NCBI GenBank assembly: GCA_963845065.1
Contig: CAWJQQ010000009.1
Span: 384,001-448,000 of the forward strand
Direction of reading: 5' to 3'
Source: Nitrospirota bacterium
Lineage (GTDB): Bacteria > Nitrospirota > UBA9217
Length of the DNA stretch: 64,000 bases
Below are positions 10,713 to 19,567 of the stretch, piece by piece (the first letter of the stretch is position 1; every line of letters begins with the position of its first letter). The position numbers and the translations under genes are program-made. The notes beneath the pieces were generated by a model. That model saw only the letters and a program-made list of their open reading frames with translations, had not been told where the DNA came from and made no database searches.

Positions 10713-11012
10713 ATGTCCGACAAGGGGCTTAAAAAGGCGGTTCTCATCGGCGCAGTGCTCGGCGCCCTCGTTACGTTGGGTATTGCTCTATCAATGGACT
10801 TATTTTTTGCCAACACCCTTCAGGGGACCTGGTGGGACGCTGCAGCCAAGGACGTAACAAAGATGTTCGGACCGGCATGCGGGCACAATGTCATTGCCGT
10901 GACCCTTGTCCTCGTCATGGTGATGGGATTTCTAGCTGGTTTTGGTGCCATGCTTGGCGCGGCTGCAGGACTCTTCATGAATCGATTTTTTAAAGTGGTC
11001 CTCAAACTTTAG
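10713..11012 (+). CDS. Hypothetical membrane protein
   Basis: GAGGTG RBS; two Gly-rich hydrophobic segments. Confidence 0.65.
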   Translation: MSDKGLKKAVLIGAVLGALVTLGIALSMDLFFANTLQGTWWDAAAKDVTKMFGPACGHNVIAVTLVLVMVMGFLAGFGAMLGAAAGLFMNRFFKVVLKL

Positions 11013-11052
11013 TGGAGGGCAGGGGGCAAGCTTTCAAACGGGGGAAAAGACG

Positions 11053-11088
11053 ACGGATGAACGAATTTCCACAGGTTCATCCGTTTTT
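11053..11088 (+). terminator. Probable intrinsic terminator between convergent genes
   Basis: ACGGATGAAC...GTTCATCCGT stem followed by TTTT. Confidence 0.6.
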
Positions 11089-12857
11089 CATTTATCGGGT
11101 ATCGATTTATTCTGCAGCAAAGAGCATAAGGGATTGCGCGAGCGCATGTCCTGCCGGACTTCCGAGAACACCAGTTTCATGATATTCGGCAGTCTGAGCT
11201 TCCAACCCTTGATGGGCCAGTCGAGCTCATGTTTGCCGCATACGATATCGAGCGTATTCAGGCTGAAGATCTCTTTGCGGAGTTCATCATCAATAAGTTC
11301 GGGATCTGTGATTTTTTCGCTCAATATGATTGCCCGCTTAAGGTGATCACGAATCTTTAGGGCGGTCCGTTGACTGATGACGCCGTATTGTTCCTTAATG
11401 GCGAGGAGCTTCAATGCACTATCATAGGTTGACTTTACGATCTCATCTCTCGTCATCCACTTCGTTTCGTAGTTCAGCGTGAATTTCCAACTCGGCTGGA
11501 GCATGGCCTGCCGGTGTTCTTTGAGTGTCTTATAGAAAAAGCGGTAGCCATATTTATCAGGGTTTTCAAAAATATCACTGCCGGGGTCGATAAAAGGTGC
11601 GAGCGGTGCAATAAAAGGAAGTACTTTGCCCCGGTTGCCATCGGTACCGAACTTATCCAGGAGCCTGCCGCAGTAGGCGACGGTATCCATTACCGACTGG
11701 TAAGTCTGGTTCTGCAGCCCCACCATGAAAAAGAGGTCGATCCGCTTGCACCCTACATTGATGAGCGTCTCGATCATACCCTCGAGGGCGCTGTTGTCGT
11801 AATCCTTTCCAAAAGTTCTGCGGACGTTGATATCGTGTGATTCCGGAGATATTTCGACGTTGAACGTTTCTATGCAATCCGCCGCTTTCTTAAGAAACTC
11901 AGTCGTCGGCGGACTGAAAAATTCGATACAAATCTCGTTTCTGATGCGGTGCTTCTTGACGGCCTCCAGGAACCGATCGCTGTAATCACGGCCTGCCTGC
12001 AGCAGGTCTCCGAGTACCATCATCGGTGCCCCGGTGTAATCCGCTATCTTCCTTATGTCCTGAGCCACAAGTTCCGGTGAACGGAAACATGCGTGGGACC
12101 GTCCGCACACCGTCCGGAACGACGAAATCGACCCCCCGCAGGTGCCGCAGTTGTGATTGCATCCTCGAACAGAGAAGACTGCGGTCACGGGGTAGCTGAG
12201 CCAGTACTTGAACGGTATGTATCCCGAGGGGTCCCGGTACTTGATTGCCATCTTGAGAAGATGGGAGTAATCGAAGTCGACGTAGTCGAGGTTTTCCGGC
12301 TTGAACGAGCACTCGTTTACCATTTCGCGCCCTTGTCCATCTCTCCACACGAGGTTTGGCACTTCCTCGAATCCGGAGCCAGACTGTATCGCCTTGAGCA
12401 GCAGCCTGAGCGGTTCTTCGGTTGATTCGCCGCAGACGATGAAATCGACAAAGGGATAATCTTGCATGATTTCTTTGTGATAGTACGTGGCACTGAGGCC
12501 GCCGAGGATGACCGGCTTATCGGGATGATGTTTTTTAACCATTTCTGCAAGACTGAGGCTGCCATCCACATGGGGTAGCCAATGCAGGTCTATGCCGAAG
12601 GCTCCAGCGTCAAGATTCTTGACGAATCGTTCGGCGTCAAACGAAGGGGAGCGAAGCATGCTGAGGGCCATGTTGATGATCCGTACCGAGATGTCGTGCT
12701 TGGTTAGATAATTAGAAATGGTGAGAAACCCGATGGGGTAAATCTCGAAGATCGATGAAGATGGTACGACGTCGCTGACGGGGCCGAAGAAGAGAGGCAG
12801 GTCGCGGAAATGGAAGACGCTCGGCGGATGGAGCAGAAGCAGGTCAGGTCTGGGCAT
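11088..12857 (-). CDS. B12-binding radical SAM protein (probably TIGR04190/Ta0216-like)
   Basis: CNHNCGTC (CX3CX2C); B12-binding region IDLHW...PVILGGLSAT; N-terminus DLLLLHPPSVFHFR...GPVSDVVPSS. Family assignment is from recall. Confidence 0.85.
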   Translation of the reverse strand: MPRPDLLLLHPPSVFHFRDLPLFFGPVSDVVPSSSIFEIYPIGFLTISNYLTKHDISVRIINMALSMLRSPSFDAERFVKNLDAGAFGIDLHWLPHVDGSLSLAEMVKKHHPDKPVILGGLSATYYHKEIMQDYPFVDFIVCGESTEEPLRLLLKAIQSGSGFEEVPNLVWRDGQGREMVNECSFKPENLDYVDFDYSHLLKMAIKYRDPSGYIPFKYWLSYPVTAVFSVRGCNHNCGTCGGSISSFRTVCGRSHACFRSPELVAQDIRKIADYTGAPMMVLGDLLQAGRDYSDRFLEAVKKHRIRNEICIEFFSPPTTEFLKKAADCIETFNVEISPESHDINVRRTFGKDYDNSALEGMIETLINVGCKRIDLFFMVGLQNQTYQSVMDTVAYCGRLLDKFGTDGNRGKVLPFIAPLAPFIDPGSDIFENPDKYGYRFFYKTLKEHRQAMLQPSWKFTLNYETKWMTRDEIVKSTYDSALKLLAIKEQYGVISQRTALKIRDHLKRAIILSEKITDPELIDDELRKEIFSLNTLDIVCGKHELDWPIKGWKLRLPNIMKLVFSEVRQDMRSRNPLCSLLQNKSIPDK

Positions 12858-13497
12858 GGGCTGTTTCGTCTCCGTAAATCTTTCTTGTAAATGTGTCAGT
12901 TATATCGCTTGTTATTGCCTCCATGGCATGGTACAAACCTTCGGCGTAGGAGCCGACCATTTTGTTCAAGGGGCCGAAGAGGCGCAGGGATTTGCTCAGT
13001 ATCCTTGTTTCCTCATTATAGAGGTGCAGTATGTCAATGAGACGCTTTTTAAATTTCTTTCTTGTGTATGCGGCTCTGGCGGCATCGGCAAAAGATCCTG
13101 CCTCTGGCCAGTTCTCCAGGAGGGCGTAGACGGTTTTTGAAATGAGCCAAATGCGCTGGATTCGAATGTCGGCGAAATCGACGTAGCGCATGTGAAAGGA
13201 AAGGGTGGGAATGAAAAGATTATTCAGAAAATCTTTATCAACTTGCTTCGTTTCCTCAAAAACATCTTCCAGATCAAGATCACGTGCAGGCTTTCCTTCA
13301 TCATATTTTTCCGCAGCGAATTCAATGATGAGCCGGTCTTTGTCAACCTCTTTTTTTACATTTGCATCGATGTAGGCTGAAAAGAAAGGGAGCCTGGCAA
13401 GCACCAACGAGTGTTGACTGGCACGCTTGAGGCTCTGCTGGGAAAAACTGTACATTAGCTCCTTGTCTTTTTTGCACATGATTGCAACCCTATCCAC
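12844..13497 (-). CDS. Hypothetical helical protein, translationally coupled to both neighbours
   Basis: 217-aa ORF overlapping the flanking genes on the same strand. Confidence 0.7.
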   Translation of the reverse strand: MDRVAIMCKKDKELMYSFSQQSLKRASQHSLVLARLPFFSAYIDANVKKEVDKDRLIIEFAAEKYDEGKPARDLDLEDVFEETKQVDKDFLNNLFIPTLSFHMRYVDFADIRIQRIWLISKTVYALLENWPEAGSFADAARAAYTRKKFKKRLIDILHLYNEETRILSKSLRLFGPLNKMVGSYAEGLYHAMEAITSDITDTFTRKIYGDETAHAQT

Positions 13498-14197
13498 GTT
13501 TCACCGCTGTATACAACGTTGCAATACCGAAAGTCAATGAATCAACCCTTATGTTGTCGAAGCCGCATTTGTTAATCATTTCCTTGAATTCAACGGGTGG
13601 ATAAAAGGAATTAATGGAGCGGTGCAAATAGAGATAGGGCTCCGCGTTCTTGATGAACAATTTCGATATCAACGGCATGACCTTGAAAACGTACCACTCG
13701 TAGAAGAAGCGGAACCAGCGATACTGGGGCCGCGTCAGTTCGAGGCAGACGAATTTGCCTCCCGGCTTCAGGACCCGGTCTATCTCTTGCAGCGCTAGGG
13801 CCGTATCGGGGATGTTGCGCATGCCGAACGCGACCGTAACTGCATCGAAGGTGTTGTCTCGAAAAGGAACTTTCTTGGCATCGGACAATATGAAAGAGAG
13901 ATTCTCATGATTCTCACCTTTTTTGCGCCGAGCAAGGTCGAGCATCTCTTCGCAGAAGTCGGCCCCGGTGACTGAACCCTGTGGACCAACGTGGCGGGAG
14001 AGCAAAAAGGCAAGTTCTCCAGTTCCGCTGCAGACGTCAAGTACGTGCTCACCCTCGAGAATGCCTGAGCGCATAACAGCCTTTCTGCGCCAGAGGTGGT
14101 CAAGTCCGAAGCTGAAACCGTGGCTAAGGAAGTCGACGTAGGGGGCTACCGTTGTAAAAATATGTTTGATAAATAGGTCGCGATGTTTTAATGACAT
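13490..14197 (-). CDS. menG: Demethylmenaquinone methyltransferase (UbiE/MenG)
   Basis: SFGLDHLWRR, VLDVCSGTG, FDAVTVAFGMRN, RVLKPGG, LTFGIATLY. Confidence 0.88.
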   Translation of the reverse strand: MSLKHRDLFIKHIFTTVAPYVDFLSHGFSFGLDHLWRRKAVMRSGILEGEHVLDVCSGTGELAFLLSRHVGPQGSVTGADFCEEMLDLARRKKGENHENLSFILSDAKKVPFRDNTFDAVTVAFGMRNIPDTALALQEIDRVLKPGGKFVCLELTRPQYRWFRFFYEWYVFKVMPLISKLFIKNAEPYLYLHRSINSFYPPVEFKEMINKCGFDNIRVDSLTFGIATLYTAVKRG

Positions 14198-14200
14198 AGA

Positions 14201-15016
14201 TTAATATATGAACTGTCCCATCAAGATTAAAATAAGCAGGCTGAAGCCTGCCAGAACTATGGCAAAGCCGAACAGGATACCGGTATCGGTGATCCAAGTC
14301 TTCTGCGGCTCGATCATATAATCATCAAGCCGGTGTTCATCTACGAGGCGCTGGTATTCGAGTGGGCGCTCATGCTGCAGCTCATGGAGCGTGACCCTCC
14401 CGGTGAAGATGACCAGATCCATGGGAAATTTTTCCGGTCGTAGGTGGGTGTTGAAAAAATGGATCGTGAAGATGAAGCCGGCTGCGAGGAGTGCCTCATC
14501 GCTGTGAATGACTGTGGCAATGTTAAACACCCATCCGGGCAGGAAGCGGCCGAAAAACTCGGGGAACCAGAGGAACAGGCCTGATACACCGATCATGCCG
14601 ACGCCCCAGAAGACAGCCCAGTAGTCGAACTTTTCCCAGTATGTGAAGTGGTCGAACTCCGGCCGGGGCCCCATGCCGAAGAACCAGCGGAAACTACCGT
14701 AGATGTCTTCAAGGTCTTTGAGCCAGGGCACCATGGATTCGGGTCCCAGGATATTGAACCGGAACTTCCTAACGATCGCGATATCGTAAATGGCATACCC
14801 GATGTGGGCGGCGAAGTACCCAAAGGTGATGACGGCGCAGGTCCGGTGTATGATCCCGGCTGCATGATACCCGCCGAAGAGCCCCATGAGCCACGCGGCC
14901 CAGGGATCGTTTGCATACTTGAGCGGCATGCCCGAAGCCACGAGCCCGATGAAGCTCACGACCATGGCGATATGGAGTACTCGGTGGTAGGCATTGAATC
15001 GTTTTATCTCTGCCAC
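14201..15016 (-). CDS. Di-heme cytochrome b subunit (FdnI/CbcL b-domain-like)
   Basis: HRVLH, IHR, YWEKFDYWAVFWG, IHSDEALLA, IHFFNTH; multiple TM segments. Confidence 0.88.
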   Translation of the reverse strand: MAEIKRFNAYHRVLHIAMVVSFIGLVASGMPLKYANDPWAAWLMGLFGGYHAAGIIHRTCAVITFGYFAAHIGYAIYDIAIVRKFRFNILGPESMVPWLKDLEDIYGSFRWFFGMGPRPEFDHFTYWEKFDYWAVFWGVGMIGVSGLFLWFPEFFGRFLPGWVFNIATVIHSDEALLAAGFIFTIHFFNTHLRPEKFPMDLVIFTGRVTLHELQHERPLEYQRLVDEHRLDDYMIEPQKTWITDTGILFGFAIVLAGFSLLILILMGQFIY

Positions 15017-15017
15017 G

Positions 15018-16001
15018 TTACTCGCCCCCTTTTTTGCTCATGCGCTCTTTCAGCGCACGGAAGGCCCACAGGAATGTGTGGGTCAAGAAGAATGAAAAAG
15101 TGCCGAGCAGCAGCACGGTCATGAATAAGAACGTGTAGTACAGCACCGGGTATTTGGTCCGGTTCCTTGCATCAGGATGGGCGTAGAATTTTGTGAAGCC
15201 CGAAGTGGCCGCAGGATGACACTTCCGGCAGGTCTGCAAAATGTTTTTTGGCGAGAGCGTCGAATCCGGGCTATCGACCAGCTGAATGTTATGGGACCCG
15301 TGGCAATCCGAACACTTTGCCACAGTGGTATATCCGAGTTCCGATACTTGACCATGGTATGTTTCTCGGTACGTCTTTATTTCTTCGGGATGACAGTACC
15401 CGCACTGTTTGATCAGTGACAGCTGCCATTCGTTGCTCGCTGTAGGAGGTGTCATATGCTCCAAATGACATTGAAAGCATGTAGGTGCTGCACTGTTCTT
15501 ATCCTCCAGGAGCTGTCTTCCGTGTATACTGGCTTTATAGACTTCGAACTCCTGAGGATGACACTTCGCACAGAGGGTCGGAATCTTCTGTCTATACGTG
15601 GCAGAACGGGGGTCATCGGAGGGGTATATATAATGTGAGCCATGACAAGTTTGGCATGTAGGCGCCATGGAACCTCCCAGGGCCTTGACCTGGTTATGCA
15701 CGCTCAACTTGTATTGCTGGGCCTGCTCTTTAGGGGCGCCTCTCGTACCGATGAAATGACAGGTTCCGCAGTTGACTTTCGAGACTTTCGAATGAGGATA
15801 TCCAGATACGTCGTAGTGACACTTAGTACAGGCCAGATCCCCGTGTACGGATTGCTGAAATTCAGATCCGTCAACATACCCGGTCATGCCTTTCTGACCA
15901 TGGCAATCCAAACAGGGGTCCTTGGAAGCAGCAGGCGAAGGGAACATCAGGTAAGAAGCAACGAAGAGAAGGGCGAGGTGCTTCTTCAACGCATGATTCA
16001 T
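15018..16001 (-). CDS. Nine-heme cytochrome c with C-terminal membrane anchor
   Basis: Signal peptide, 9 CxxCH motifs counted, C-terminal TM segment. Confidence 0.92.
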   Translation of the reverse strand: MNHALKKHLALLFVASYLMFPSPAASKDPCLDCHGQKGMTGYVDGSEFQQSVHGDLACTKCHYDVSGYPHSKVSKVNCGTCHFIGTRGAPKEQAQQYKLSVHNQVKALGGSMAPTCQTCHGSHYIYPSDDPRSATYRQKIPTLCAKCHPQEFEVYKASIHGRQLLEDKNSAAPTCFQCHLEHMTPPTASNEWQLSLIKQCGYCHPEEIKTYRETYHGQVSELGYTTVAKCSDCHGSHNIQLVDSPDSTLSPKNILQTCRKCHPAATSGFTKFYAHPDARNRTKYPVLYYTFLFMTVLLLGTFSFFLTHTFLWAFRALKERMSKKGGE

Positions 16002-16443
16002 GACAACATTCTAGGAAAAAAACTACTGACTGTCAAGAGACTTCTGATTATTTTAAAAATAAATTTCATCGTGACTGAAACGCGACCCTTCGTCAAGCCC
16101 ATCTTATTGAGCGAAGATAGGGTTTTACTCTCTTCAAGAAAAGAGGAGAGTTATGGTTTCGGTTAGGATTCTGGTGACCGAACATAATATTGCATTTCTT
16201 CCCCAGAGAGCGGTTAAGGAGGAGTTTATCACTTTTACCAAAAACACCCCATCCAAACGATGTATTGGTTGGCTTTAAATTTCTCCCAATATTTGACAAA
16301 CTGAACAAAGGTATAGCATAATATATTGTATGAACTTCACACCTCCATATCATAACAACAGCTCCATCCTAAAAACCCGCTTATCTGTAATAGAGCAATA
16401 CCAGGGTGCCTTATCATTTACGGTAACATTTGAGGAGGAGGAA

Positions 16444-16779
16444 ATGATGAATGCTAAAACGAAAGAACCTTTTACCCCGCAGGAAACGTTCGATACGATC
16501 AGGAAGGAGATCATTGCCGAGCTTCTACAGGGAACTTGCTCTGCTAGAGACCTTTCTGCTGCTGCAGGGATTCCGGAGCGTGACGTATATAATCATCTCG
16601 AACACATCCACAAGTCGATTGTTTCGTCGAACCTGCATTTAGTCATCACTCCTGCTGAGTGCAAAAAGTGCGGTTTTGTTTTTGCAAAACGGGAAAAGCT
16701 GAAGAGGCCGGGAAAGTGCCCGGTGTGCAAAGGAGAATCAATCCGGGAACCCCTTTTTGCGATTAAGGACCCGCATTGA
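16444..16779 (+). CDS. HTH plus zinc-ribbon transcriptional regulator (COG3357-like)
   Basis: SARDLS..AGIPERDVYNHLEHI, CKKCGF, CPVC; GGAGG RBS. Confidence 0.8.
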   Translation: MMNAKTKEPFTPQETFDTIRKEIIAELLQGTCSARDLSAAAGIPERDVYNHLEHIHKSIVSSNLHLVITPAECKKCGFVFAKREKLKRPGKCPVCKGESIREPLFAIKDPH

Positions 16780-16784
16780 GGGCA

Positions 16785-17981
16785 TCACGATACGGTCCGG
16801 CTAGTGTTTGTTCTCGCACCGCCGTTTCCAGGGAGAAGAAGGAAGGGAAGATGTGCAAGAAGCCACCTTTGGAAATGCCGGTAATCGGTCTTTCCTGACG
16901 GAATGTCGAGAAACCGCAGCAAGGCTTCAGGGTGTTCGGAAAAAATTCGAAGAAAGAGGCGGGGATAACTATCGATCAAATGAGCCATACGAAGCGCAAC
17001 ACGCAATTGTTTTCGGATCTGCTTATCAGCGTTCCGGCAATACCGCGTGACGACGTCTGTCGGACGCTTCTGATTTTTGATTGCGTCAATGATAGCGTCT
17101 GCGGCGAGCTTGCCGGAGAGGATGGCATGGGATATCCCCTCTCCGTGAAAGGGGTCTGCAAACCCCGCTGCGTCTCCCGTGAGGAGTGTCCTTCCTCCGG
17201 CAATTATCCTTCTGATGCCCCCAAAGGGAATGAAGTGGCCTTGTACGTCTGATAGTTCGATGTTTAAAGTTTTGGCCAGTTCCGTCAATGCTTCCCGAGG
17301 TTTGGAAAAGCGCGCTGCAAGTCCAGCGATCCCGATTGAGAAGTAACCACGGTGCGGGAAAATCCAGCCATATCCAACCGGCGCAGTTCCGAAATAGAGA
17401 TCAAGGGTTTTGCCCACCCGGTCCCTGATATCATGCTCATCCGCAGAGATCTGGGAAACAAGCGCAAGCGCCATGTCGCCTTTGTCGAGCGGAGGCCTCA
17501 AGGTACGTGCCACGTAGCTGTGAATTCCGTCAGCGCCGACAAGAAATAAAGATCGATAGGTCGCATTTTTTGTCGCGATTTCCACGAAGTCTTTATCATC
17601 TCGAACAGAGATGACTTGCTCGTTCATATGAAAATCGGCCGTACTTTCAACGGCCTTTTCCGCGAGTAAGGCATCGAAATATTTTCTGGTTACGACAACT
17701 GCAAACGGGGCATCGCACTTTGCATTTACTTCATGACCGTTCCAGTGGATCCGGACGCTGAAGCATTCTTCCTCGATGATGGTCTCAGGCAGACTGAAGT
17801 CGAGATACGAGAGTGCCTGCACAGAAACGGCTCCTGCGCATGGTTTTGATCTCGGGAACGTATCGCGATCCAGCAACAATGTTTTTAACCCCTGTTGTGC
17901 GCATGTTCGCGCGCAGGTGGAGCCTGCCGGCCCGGCCCCTACAACTATGACGTCGTACATCATCAACGTTTCACTCTCCAT
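16785..17981 (-). CDS. Geranylgeranyl reductase family FAD oxidoreductase
   Basis: DVIVVGAGPAGS, PRSKPCAG, GYGWIFP, GDAAG..DPFHGEGI. Confidence 0.88.
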   Translation of the reverse strand: MESETLMMYDVIVVGAGPAGSTCARTCAQQGLKTLLLDRDTFPRSKPCAGAVSVQALSYLDFSLPETIIEEECFSVRIHWNGHEVNAKCDAPFAVVVTRKYFDALLAEKAVESTADFHMNEQVISVRDDKDFVEIATKNATYRSLFLVGADGIHSYVARTLRPPLDKGDMALALVSQISADEHDIRDRVGKTLDLYFGTAPVGYGWIFPHRGYFSIGIAGLAARFSKPREALTELAKTLNIELSDVQGHFIPFGGIRRIIAGGRTLLTGDAAGFADPFHGEGISHAILSGKLAADAIIDAIKNQKRPTDVVTRYCRNADKQIRKQLRVALRMAHLIDSYPRLFLRIFSEHPEALLRFLDIPSGKTDYRHFQRWLLAHLPFLLLPGNGGARTNTSRTVS

Positions 17982-18274
17982 AAAAACGGATTAAACCGGG
18001 GACGGACGCGGATTAATGCAATGAATTCTCAATGGCTATTAAGCGACAGGGTTAGTTTATTCACCTCGCAGGACTTCTTGTCCCCTTTGTGGTTATGACG
18101 GTGTGTCAAAACCTGCCGGATGGTATCCTGCTCAGCCTTTGCAACTCATTTAGATTAGTTTATCAAACTGAACGACTGGTGTCCGGTAAAAAATTAAAAA
18201 GGCATGGCCTGTCGACCATTCATGTTGGATGATAGGATTCGCCAGAACACTATTCCTGCAAGGAGGAACAAGCC

Positions 18275-19190
18275 ATGGTAAAAGTGGATATCATATTCTT
18301 GGACCTATTGAAACTTGAACCGAGATATCAGTTCAACAAGGCCGTTGTGAAGTAACAGGGAGATCAGATCTACACGACCTGGCAACAGTATATCACGATT
18401 ATGTTCTCCCAGATAAAACAAAAAAAGACAGTATCCGGGATATTATAATCGGCCTTGGGAGCATATGACGCCGGGTGGCATCAGTTGGAGCTTATTGGCG
18501 CTTACGGGGGGGGCACCTTACCGGATACCTTACCGGATGCCCCCATAACAAACGAGATTATCAGATCTTTGAATGTTTGTTTTTTATTATCTTCTTGCTC
18601 ACTACAGGGATGTGACGCCCCAAATAGGTTTTAAGTTTAAAAATCTGTCGTACTCGATCGATGCTTTAGAATCGATTTATGCCTCTCGGTCTTTCCTTGC
18701 GCAAAGTTTCGAAAGACCAAAGGGGCCATTAAGATGCATTGCCTTTATGATCATTTCGGGCGGTGCCATCGTTTGTCACAATCATTGACAACAAAAAAAC
18801 GCAGTTGCCGTCGCCACGGTGGACAATTTCCCGCTATACTCGGATAGTATCGTTTTGACAGATCAAGTGAATATTGACTGCAAACGTGTAGATTTACTGG
18901 GATAAATAACGCGTTTGGTTCGTTATCGGTGCAAAATCTATTATAGACTACATCGTGGCCGGCCAACCAATATCTGGTTTTCGGGAATGGGTCCTAAAAG
19001 ACCGAAGAATTCTCTTTACCATACAGTAATAAAACTGAACAATGAATTGCAAAATGTTGAGTGTATTTTGCCATATTTCCGTTCCCGTAATACGGTTTTT
19101 CCTATGATCCAATAAGTCGGGCGCCTTGTGGTTACAAACGTGATCCTTCGCATGGTTTATGATCAGAATTAGTGCCTCATATGGACAGAA
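18275..19190 (+). pseudogene. Decayed IS4-family transposase (DUF4372 N-terminus plus DDE fragments)
   Basis: Fragments across stops and frameshifts: MVKVDIIFLDLLKLEPRYQFNKAVVK*QGD..TTWQQYITIMFSQ, DSIRDI, FKFKNLSYSIDA, IDLCLSVFPCAKFRKTKGAIKMHCLYDH. The 3' limit is approximate. Confidence 0.78.
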
Positions 19191-19249
19191 GTTTGCAATT
19201 TTTCAAAATCTATATCACTTTAGTTCTCTTTCTTTGCTAAAATGGAGAT

Positions 19250-19564
19250 ATGGATAATAATATTCTGCGCGAAATTATTGATGTAGAAAAAGAGATCCAG
19301 CAGACTCTCGATCAGGCAAAGCTAAAAAAGTGTGAGTGGCTCGATGCACGTAAAAAGGAGATCGAGAGTGACTCTGCAATGCAGGAGCAGAATATTATTC
19401 AATCATATGAACACGCCCTTGAGAATGCAGTACAGGATGCGGCAAAAAACGCCTCAGAGCTTTTTGAACAGTCGAAACGGCAAGCAGACAGGCTTGTCCA
19501 TCTGGAGAACGGCATCTTGGCAAAAATCGTAGCAAACCACATCGGAAAGATCCTGCCTGGATAA
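19250..19564 (+). CDS. A/V-type ATPase subunit G/H (peripheral stalk)
   Basis: 104-aa coiled coil (ILREIIDVEKE) at the head of the operon. Confidence 0.7.
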   Translation: MDNNILREIIDVEKEIQQTLDQAKLKKCEWLDARKKEIESDSAMQEQNIIQSYEHALENAVQDAAKNASELFEQSKRQADRLVHLENGILAKIVANHIGKILPG

Positions 19565-19567
19565 CTT

